DNA of 20,000 bases from Mesotaenium endlicherianum (taxonomy: Eukaryota): assembly GCA_009602735.1 (NCBI GenBank), contig WELA01001035.1, positions 447,061 to 467,060 of the forward strand, read 5' to 3'. Shown one piece after another: positions 1 to 9,185 of the stretch. A program made the translations under genes and the position numbers. Every line of letters starts with the position of its first letter. Position 1 is the first letter of the stretch. The notes beneath the pieces were generated by a model, which saw only the letters and a list, made by a program, of their open reading frames with translations, made no database searches and was not told the DNA's origin.

Positions 1-446
1 CGCACGCGTAGACTGTCCAGCCCAGCGAGTGCATCTGCCAACTCTGCGAAGCAATCCCGCTGCGGCACACGCACGCGCGCGTGTGTGCACGTGTGTATGT
101 TCATGGGTGTCAAATGCCAGTTCAGGTGTGTTACGCAAGGGGTCTGTTCGCATCCAAACCAATAGCGTGCTTGCAATCTGGATCCTCCAAGAAAGAACTG
201 TAAGTGTACACTCACGCATGCGCATGCACGACGCCCTTCGTGGCTGCGCGGTGTGCACCATCGACAAAGGAAGTGCTGGAAGCTTCAAATAAAACAAACT
301 GAGCTGGAGGTTCTTCCATGGTACAGAAAGAGCTCCAAAAATTCTGACACCTCTGAAACTTTTGGAATTGGAAGACGTCTGAGAGTTTTTTAGATTTCCG
401 TGAGCCCTGGAGAAGCGCGCTCTCAGAGGGCTGAGAGAGAGGGCAC

Positions 447-596
447 CTTGAAGGTCTTGACGCTGCTGTACACCTGGCGCACGCCGTTGCTGAGGGTGAA
501 GTACTCCAGAGCGCGTTCATACATGTGCCAGGGGGGCAGCAGGCTCAGGACTGTGTCGCCCTCCTCAGGGGACACCACGGACTTCACTGCCCTCAC
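447..596 (-). CDS. AAE15: AAE exon 7
   Basis: Acceptor ccttgcag|; [50 protein letters not shown]; donor AAG|GTGCCC. Confidence 0.92.
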
Positions 597-3500
597 CTGC
601 AAGGCCAAAGCGAAGCAACAAGTTATGCATATTTGACGAGTAAGTATACACGTATTTAGAAATATGTATGTACATGTACATGTATAGACATACATGTATA
701 CACACACACACACACATATATATAGAAGAGTATGTATAACGGCACAGCTCCCATTACGCACGCATTGCGCACGAGCTTGTTTGGCAAACTCGGGCCAAAC
801 AAGTCCAAGACCGCAACATCCATGACCCGATCGCGACCCTGCCCTCCCCCCCCAGCCGCTTACCCGTTGCTTTTGTCTCACTTCCTCGGCTTTTTGCAGC
901 AATAGATCTTCACGTGCAACTCCCTTAGCTCTCCCTAACTCTGCCCCCACTCAGCTGCAGTGTGATGCACACTCCGTCGCAAAAACACAACCCTTCTACT
1001 TGATTGGACCCCACACCCCTCTTTTTATCGTGCAATGGCAATCGGAGGTGATTAGACTGAGGCTCAGTACGCATGCGTGCTTCAGGCGCAGGCGCTGACC
1101 CCGACTACTCAATTCCCCTCTCCACCTCCTCCCTCCCTCTCGTGATGCCACAGGCAGCCTTGCTTCTGACTTTGCTAGTGCGTAGATACTCAAGCCTTGG
1201 CGTGCTCTCAATCTCCTTCTTGCTAAAACCCCTCCAATCCTCTCTGCCCAACTGGCCCTCAACCTGTGTAGCCTGCCACCATCCCCGAGCCTCGTGTAGC
1301 AAGAGGCATGACTGCTTCAAGGCTTGACGACTGACCCGTCGCACTCGCCCTCGCCCTCGGACCTCACAGTCAAACGCCTCCCAGAGAAAAAGGACTCAGA
1401 GCATGCCAAACATCAGAACCTCCGATGCCCACCTCGCAAGGAAGGCCAGCCCAACTAGACCCACACTAAGTTCCAGGCCCCAGCCCGCTTTGCCCCTCAC
1501 CACGGCCAGCCATGTAACAAGACAGCCAAAACTTCCACTGAGATAGAGCTGGCTCTGAAGCTGGGCTGAACTGCCTTCAGCCACAACACGCATGCCAGCC
1601 AACCCACACTCATAGTAGCATGCACATGATGGCCAGAGCCGAGAAAGGTCCAAAGGAGGGGCTCCATACCTGATGAAGAAGGTTTGCGTGAGTGAGCATG
1701 ACCGCTTTTGGGTTGCCCGTCGTTCCCGACGTGTAGACCAGGGTGGCAATGTCGTCGGGACGCACCAAGGGCCGTTGAGGCATCCCCACTGCATGCACAT
1801 CATAGCCCATGCAGACTTCCCATGCATTCTACTCAGACAAAGGTCGAAAATCGACAGGCGACATGTCCTCCTATGGGGGCTGCACAACGGCTGCAGAAGA
1901 CGTAGATAACCAACGGTATATGTTATATGTACATCTGTGTATACGGGCATCAATCCTCATATACCTACATAAGAAAGTCTTTAAAAAACTTTCCCTCGAA
2001 CAAGAGATGACACATCCTATATTAAGGGCTGCATAATGGCATTGGAAGAATCACTTTCATATGTGCGTATGTTTGTACATTTTTAAACTCATGTACCTTT
2101 ATGCTTACCATTCTAAAATAGTGTTCGACGGTCATCCTTCTGCAGGAGTGCTTGAAGGAAGCCACATCAGCAAGGTATTGGAAGCTAGGGTGGTGCACGG
2201 CTGAAGCTTCCAGAATGAAACTACGAGTAAGAAAACGGGCCTGTTCACACTGCAACCCTTTCACTGCAGTACCTTCAAGCTCAAGCCAGGGCACCTGCTC
2301 CGACAAGTGCAGACATGCGCATGTCACCCAGGGTCACGGGCTTTTGGCACGTGTATCTGCAAATCATGACAGTTTGAATGTTCGTTTTGCACTCCAGAGC
2401 TTTCCGTTTCAGCCAGTTTGATTGTCCCTCTCGCTGCACTCCATAATATTGCCCTTTGACAACTTTAATGACCATTTCGCACTTGAGACCTACACACTTC
2501 AGAGTTTCGACGCTTCAGAGGGGCATAGAGCGTACCATCCCCATCAGCTGCGGCAAGAGCGTGGCGGCTGGTGTGCCCGGCTCCAATCAGCTGCTTGAAG
2601 GTGTAGATGGGGAAGGGCAGGTTCAGCTGGCTCTGAGCCTCAGCCTCCGCCTCGTGCTGAGCCTCCAGCTCCTCGCTGGCAGACTTGCAGGTGCCCCACA
2701 GGAGGACCGCAAACTTGATCTGCGCGCCAGCTGGCGAGTCCTGAAGCTGGGGCGCCAGCTTCGCCAGCAGGTCCACATTCTCCACCACCAGCACCGAGCT
2801 GCAAGGAAGGAGCAATCAGCTGCAATGGAAGCTCAGTGCCCTGTCTATGTTGGCCTTCCTACTCTAGTTGAGCAACCAGGTAGCCCCAAACTACAAGGAG
2901 CCATTCCCTATAAGGAAGCTTGATTGATGCTTTCGTCTATGGTATTTTCTCCAGACTAGTGCAGCAAGCAGGGAAGCCACACTATATAGGAGTGAATGCC
3001 CTCCCCAGCCCTTCTGTACTGTGAATCTTGAAGGTTATGAAGCTAAGATGCTTGCAATATTGATACCTTATAAGGAAGAGATGAGTGGGTGGAATGGGCA
3101 GGGCTCTCAGAGTGTGACAGCAAGGAGAAGTAATGCTGAGACCAGCACAGACCTGTCTGAGTGGGTTGCAATGTGAAGAAGCTCACTTGGGGGAGCCTTG
3201 GCACCCCTCACAGCATCAGATGCACCGGCTGTCATGATCCCTGTTGAAACAAACGACCATGGCATCAGACAACCTTTCATATCCAACAAATGCTAGTCCC
3301 TGTCGTACCACGAGCCCTGATATCTGACAGCCTTCTATATATGAAACATCTGATCCCTGCTGCATCATCAACCATGGATTTGGACAACCTCTCATCACTA
3401 AAATGCTCGTCACAACCTTCTCTCAGGGAGCAATGGCCACTGGACCCACTAGCCTCTGAATGATATAGAGGTTGAGCCTCGACAAGTTGACAAACAAGTC

Positions 3501-4616
3501 GTACACAGGGACTGGTGTACTTGCCTTGATCAGCAACAATCCAACGATGTGAGTTGTCCGAAAAGAGAGACACAGTTTGCCCCTGTTCCAAGCCAAACAC
3601 ACGCAAGCCTTCTGCAAAATCCACAATCGACTGCTCCAACTGCAGACGACACAGCATGACCAACCACATGTCTTATGAGCAAAGTTAGTCTGTCTTCTCT
3701 ACTTCATACAGACAACACAGCATAACCAGCCACGTGTCTTACGAGCGAAAATAGTCTGTCTTCTCTACTTCATACAGCCATTCCTCTATCCACCTCATTC
3801 GTTTGCAATAATAGGCAGTAGTTTCACCAGAGCCCATATGCACATACTATATGTGTAAGAACTCTATGTCAACCCTCAGAGTTGTGGCTATACTGTGCAA
3901 ACCCGCGGCTTGTCAACATTTAGCATCACCTGTGTAGATAGTCTCTATGTATGTATCATAGCACCTGGTCTAGAAGTGCAAGCAAGTACACACTTGACAA
4001 GAAAATGAAGAGCTTCAAAACAATACAGTGCACCTGTAACTTATGGTACCTCTCTATAAGTCACTTGCTGTGCTGGTGTGTGGTGTGGGTCGAAAAGGGC
4101 AACCCTATCGCCGTGTCTTTCGGCCAGAGTGCTCCACAAGTCTGGCAAAACCTGCCACTCCCTTGTGCGGGACATACCATCTGTCTCCAACTCCAGTTGC
4201 AGGGGTGGTCCCATGGTGAAGCTTGCATTCTGTATTTCCTTACTTGGCGGCTGCTCCAACAAACGCAACAGGATGACCGGATACCGGACTGTCAGTGAAA
4301 GGCATCCATATACGTCTCCCATAGAAAGGGTTCTAGTATGACCTCAATGAAAGAATGGTGTGGTGGTTCGTACCTCCATGACACAGGTAACTCTGCCAGA
4401 ACGAAGCCTCATTCCGTCAAGCGCGTGCATACCCATTCCAGCCCCTTCATTTAACACTTTGAGGCTGTGCGCGCCGAAAAAACTACTCTTGAAACACATG
4501 CTTTGCATTTGTGCCAAATTTTGTCCATTCCGAGCTATCTTAGCCTTCGGGAGGCAGGCTTCTAACGTGCCAGATAACAGTCCTTGGGGAACCCTCGTAC
4601 ATAACGAAGCCGCCAT
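447..4616 (-). CDS. AAE15: Plastid acyl-activating enzyme / long-chain acyl-ACP (acyl-CoA) synthetase, AAE15/AAE16 type; 3'-partial, complement(join(447..596,1670..1788,2536..2798,3153..3240,3525..3639,4050..4250,4374..4616)), continues beyond window start
   Basis: Manually spliced exons join in frame. The product has the AMP-binding signature [29 protein letters not shown], plus [41 protein letters not shown] and [17 protein letters not shown], which I recognise from plant AAE15/16 and cyanobacterial Aas. The N-terminal exon is transit-peptide-like. AAE15 and AAE16 cannot be distinguished here. Confidence 0.9.
663..724. repeat. TACATG-like / (CA)n / (TA)n simple repeat
   Basis: tatgtatgtacatgtacatg... 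followed by (CA)8 and tatatata. Confidence 0.85.
1670..1788 (-). CDS. AAE15: AAE exon 6 (AMP-binding motif)
   Basis: Acceptor catgcag|; [39 protein letters not shown]; donor CAG|GTATGG, phase 0. Confidence 0.93.
2536..2798 (-). CDS. AAE15: AAE exon 5
   Basis: Acceptor ccttgcag|; [18 protein letters not shown]...IKFAVLLWG...[25 protein letters not shown]; donor G|GTACGC, phase 1, matching the next exon. Confidence 0.85.
3153..3240 (-). CDS. AAE15: AAE exon 4
   Basis: Acceptor ttcaacag|; (G)[28 protein letters not shown](S); donor AG|GTCTGT, phase 2. Confidence 0.9.
3525..3639 (-). CDS. AAE15: AAE exon 3 (ends at a GC donor)
   Basis: Acceptor tctgcag|; [38 protein letters not shown](G); donor AAG|GCAAGT, phase 1. 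Confidence 0.9.
3643..3777. repeat. 66-bp tandem duplication (2 copies) at the 3' end of AAE intron 2
   Basis: 3643-3708 vs 3709-3774: 58/66 identical by manual alignment. Confidence 0.95.
4050..4250 (-). CDS. AAE15: AAE exon 2
   Basis: Acceptor ttggagcag|; PPSKE...[37 protein letters not shown]; donor GAG|GTACCA, phase 0. Confidence 0.85.
4374..4616 (-). CDS. AAE15: AAE exon 1 (putative chloroplast transit peptide)
   Basis: ATG at 4616; [10 protein letters not shown]...KSSFFGA...[12 protein letters not shown]; donor GAG|GTACGA, phase 0. Confidence 0.75.
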
Positions 4617-5570
4617 ATTTACACCTAATCAACACGCAAGGTCGTGATATAGGTGACCCTCACGGTGCAACACAGACGAAAACAAGCCAAGGAGCAAGCG
4701 GGCTGCGTAAAGTTCCCGCCTTGACGAAAGTAAAACGAGGCTTCATTATGCTGTGAGCGCTGCAAGGAGGGGCTACCATGCTGCCGTAAGATTTTTGGAA
4801 GCTACCATTAGCGCGTCCTAAACAATAGCATGGGGGGACCACAAAAGCCAAGCTTACCCAGTCGAAGAAAAGCTTTGAGAGCGGAAACGGAATAGAACGC
4901 AAAAAGCTGCGATATAAGTGGTTCCCGGATTCCAGGACTACACGCGGCGCTTCACTTGCAAAGCAGGAAGGCTTTATGAATATGCTGAACTGCACTGAGC
5001 TGGGTTGAACAGGGTCAAAGCGGATAAAGACGAAATATCCGTGTCGACAAAGTGGATAAAAGAGACCTCATTATTGGCACTCGATCGAAAACATCTAACG
5101 GTAAGTAAGATTTGTTCGTGCTCATGTGTAAGCTGAGCCACGTCTGAAGCCAGAAGCAGAAGCATGAACCTGGCCGAACCGGCAGGTGAAGGAGCCTGAA
5201 GTAGCCCAATTGGCACGGAGTGGCACGGAGCAGGTTACGAGTTTCATATTGAAGGTGATTGTACCTAAGGCGTGAGTCGGCACCAGTCGGCACCTGTCCC
5301 CGCCTGTCGCCTGTCCGCACCTGTCTGGAACGTGGCCAAACTGGACCAGACTGACGACGCTGATGTTGCATGCTTAACAGTAGCAACCGCTAACGAGGAC
5401 GGTAATACGAGCGTTGAAACGTCGGGGAAGTAAGAACAAGTCATGAACTTCACATGATATTGAGTAAACAAACGCGAGAAGCAATAGGATAACCAAACGA
5501 GTACTGAGAAGAACGGTTCTACACAAGCATACACAGGTGTCACCTTTCATTTCATGAAGTGAAGTGAAAA
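4617..5570. promoter_or_regulatory. Divergent (bidirectional) promoter / 5'UTR region
   Basis: 954 bp between two outward-facing ATGs. It contains short tandem motifs (TGGCACGGAG x2; GCACCTGTC-like repeats) and an AGCCCA site-II-like hexamer at ~5203. Transcription starts cannot be located from sequence. Confidence 0.6.
5211..5326. repeat. Short tandem motifs in the intergenic region
   Basis: TGGCACGGAG x2 (5211-5230); AGTCGGCACC x2 followed by several CCTGTC units (~5275-5325). Confidence 0.75.
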
Positions 5571-5929
5571 ATGGCGCTGATTGCTGTGAGCCTGTTATGG
5601 CCCGCATCAGGTGTCTTTGTGAGAACTGCTCATACGAACTTGGAGAGTGCTTGCACAGAGTTGAATTTTTATCGTTCGAGTGGTGAACGACTCATTAGTG
5701 CACAGAAGAGGCGCATAGAGCGATCGAAGCACACTTTATCGAGCAGGCGACATGGTGGTGCCAGGATGTCATGTACTGTCGGTGATCTAAAAAAGGAAAA
5801 ACGTCAAATTGCTGAAAGTCGCTGGAAGAGCATCATCAATGATTGCATGAAAAGTACGGCTAGCTGTCTAGTGCTGCCTCTTACAGCTGCCCTTCTGCTC
5901 ACAGTACAGAGCGACATCGGACTTCCATC
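5571..5929 (+). CDS. M16 exon 1 (putative bipartite targeting peptide)
   Basis: aaaaATGG start context; S/R-rich stretch followed by hydrophobic CLVLPLTAALLLTV; donor TC|GTGAGT, phase 2, joins exon 2 in frame. No homology support for this exon. Confidence 0.7.
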
Positions 5930-8900
5930 GTGAGTGAAACAAATTACAGTTACAAGTGTGTAGACATGAATGCTTCGCTTACCATCAAGATTTCAGTGTT
6001 CAAAGGGGGAACGCACTTTGTTTCTCAAATCACGTATCATCAATCAATGCATGACTTACGGTCATGTGTAGCACCACTACTAGTGACTTGACGGCCACTA
6101 GGAGCGACATTTGTTTGCCAAAGACAAGTTTACAATGTGCACACATGGCAAGACTCAAAGAAAATTCAAAGGCATTGCTTCGAGACTGAACATTCAACTG
6201 AGCTCTTGCCGTAGATGCACTTGATCAGTCGCACTATAATATATAAAGTCGTCCCTTTGTCATAACAGAACCCTTCCTGTGTCGCCTAAACAGGGCTGCA
6301 GCTGGCACGCTGCTTGACCAGCCAGTGCTGTCCTCCTCGGCTTTCAAGGAGCCATCAGTGCCTCTGCCTCCAATCCCCAAGGAGTTCCCCCCTCTGGGGA
6401 GCCTCACCCTGCCAGAATATGAACAGGTGTTCACCCGATCACTATCCAAGACTGCTCTACTCAGCTCAACAGCCAAATGCTGCGTGGCACGCCCTGCTCT
6501 CACAGCGAGCTCTTGATGTCGTGGTGTCGGGATGTCACTGTTCTATGCTGCTGACAATGACCGCGTCATTACGTAGAGGTCACGTTACAAGATGTGCAAA
6601 CGCACAGGGGCCGCGTGAGTCCATCTTTTTGCAACAGCAGGTTGCAGATTGCAGACTGCAGGTTGCTGAAAAACGAGAGGAAGCACAGGCGGCCCACTCA
6701 CATTGCAAAAGCAAGATGCTCCCCCTCTTTGCATGTCGTATTGTGACGTGCGGTCCCAAAGTGGTGGCAGACGAAAGACCCGCCTCCCGTGTCATTCATG
6801 AACATTCTTCGTGCACAAAAGTGATGCATGCTGTACGTAGTCTCTTGTGCACGCACCCTACACACACACACACACACACACATACGCACACACACACACA
6901 CATGCATCAGCACAGTGGCATTAGGGATGGGGAGCTGCAACGCTCACACGCACGCATACACACACGCACACACACACTCTTTTGCACACGCACACGCACA
7001 TGTGATTCACGCAGGCAGGCTTACACTTTACATGTCATGTTGATTCATGCCATGATGATCCACAATGACAGAGTGAACTTGTGCCCGTGGGTGCAGGTCA
7101 CGCTGCCCAATGGCTTGCGCGTGTTCCTGCTGGAGGATCACGAGCTCGGCTTGGTAAGCTGCCAGCTGGCAACGACTTAAGTCTCTCCCGACAGCACCGT
7201 CCCCCCCCCCCATATCTTGTTACCTCCTGTCATTAACCGCGGTCATGTGTCTCTGTCTGCTGAGGAAGAGCACACTTACCTGTCATCACCATGCGTTGTT
7301 TTCTGTTTGAAAGGAGAGTTTTGGGAAATTGTCGCTTTCAGGCCTATTCTTGTCTCTTCCTGAAGGCTCCTCACAGCCGCCACGTCCTATGCGGCAGGGA
7401 CCCAGTCAAAAGTCTCAAGTTTCCAGCTCTAGGTTATGGCGTCCAGGTGTCGGCTGCGAGGTGTCCTCCTGAGCCGCCCCTTGCAGGTCTGCTCGCATCG
7501 TGCCAAGTGGCACACATGCTGCTAGTGGAGGGCTGAGGCCTGCTCACAGCAAACGAGTGCTCGCCTTTGCGACTGGAAAAGCGTCTCTCTGCAGGAGAGG
7601 ACGGCGTCACAGTTGGGACCATCAGAGTCTCAGCTTCTTGGTCACATGCGTGCGGGTTTAAGGCTTTGGGTTTGACGCATAAGGGTTTTGGGTATCACAG
7701 CTCAGCTTTGAGGTCAGAGAAGTACCGACCTGCCAGGTGGCTTCCGTCTCCCACCTCTCCTTGGAGGCGATTCGCGGTTGCACTTCAGGGCTGGGGACAC
7801 AGCTTAACCCCAGGAGTAGGGTTTGGGTTCCAGCCAAGGATCAGGGCTGACTGAGAGTCTCGAGTCTGGCGCATGTGTTCCACAGGGACTCTAACTAGAA
7901 GACCTGATTCTAACAGTGAGAAGGACCAGCCTGTTGCGATATGTGAGGGACAGCTGCTGTGTGGAGACTCTGGTGGTCGGAGAGGGCGGGCACGGGTGTG
8001 GATGCATCGGCCCTGCGCCTATCCTGTGAGGGACTGCCTGTCCTAAGAGAGCACTGGACGGGTGGGTGTGCTTGTTTCCCGGCATTGCGCGGCACGGCGA
8101 CAGGTGGGCGGCCAGTTGCTCGTCAGAGGGGGAGGCAAGCTTGAGCCGGCCGAGAAGGTAACACCAGCTGTCAGCTATCCCCCCCCCCCCCAACCCATCT
8201 CCACACGCCCTCCACACCCTCGCCCGGGGCGAAATCCGGCCTGTCGTCAGAAGGTTACGTTCCTTTCAATAGCCCCCACTCACATTCTATCTCCTTGAAA
8301 GCAGGATGGAAGTGTCGTGGGGGGTGGGGGGGGGGGNTCTGGTTTTGTGAGAACCTGTCGGCAGGCTGTGTGGAACACGTCTGTGGTGCCTGAGTGCTCG
8401 GGGCCCCACTGGGGCAGGCCCATCTAGCAGAGCTGGCCGCTGATGGCTTGAGATCGCACGCTTGGCAGCAAAGCACATGTGAGGGGACGGATAATATCAC
8501 TCAGCATATTTTTTATTGGTATTATGATGCATGGTGCACAGCTGCTACGAATAGCGCATTCTCTTTCAGCAGTTCTGGACTTTTCTCGGCGCGCACCCGT
8601 CAACCGTCCCACCCCACGCACGCACAGTCACACGCACACGCACCCGCACCCGCACATGCGCGCACACAAACGCGCACACAAACGCACCGCACATGCACAT
8701 GCACACACTCGCGCAAGAGTTTGCCCACCCACCCACCCGCTCACCCACCTACACACAGGACGCGCATGCATGCGCTCATGCCAGGGTGTGCAGGCCAGGC
8801 ACTTGCCTGCGCGCGCAGAGGAGGTGGCTGCTTCTTGGGACCAGAGTCTTTGGAATCTGAAATCTGACGCCCTAAACAAGGCCTCTAAGGCCTAACCCTC

Positions 8901-9118
8901 GCTCGTGACCCTGCATGTCGGCTCCCCAGGTAGGGCTGGCGGGGATAGCGGGAGCCGTGCAGCGCAGCGGGGGCTCCGTCAACCACCCCGCCAAAGACCT
9001 CGATGCCGCCCTTGAGGTGCCGCCTTTTCCCCTCGCGCTCTCTCTCTTTTTCTCTCAGTATGCCAGTCTGCCTACGTGTATCCCCCTCTTGACCTCTAAT
9101 TTGCCCCTATCGCTCTCG

Positions 9119-9185
<67 letters not shown>

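Noticed and set aside
3643..3777. Direct repeats as a CRISPR array or LTR
   Set aside because: Two abutting copies with no spacer, in a eukaryotic intron. This is a simple tandem duplication.
3631..4260. Identical 10-mer CTGCTCCAAC at 3631-3640 and 4251-4260 near two AAE acceptors; GAGCAG tandem acceptors
   Set aside because: A short match that is plausibly chance. GAG acceptors are rarely used, and homology supports keeping LEQ in exon 3.
6314..7180. 288-aa plus-strand ORF with a THTHTH tract
   Set aside because: It is mostly intron 2 read-through of a (CA)n repeat. Only the last part (7097-7153) is a real exon.
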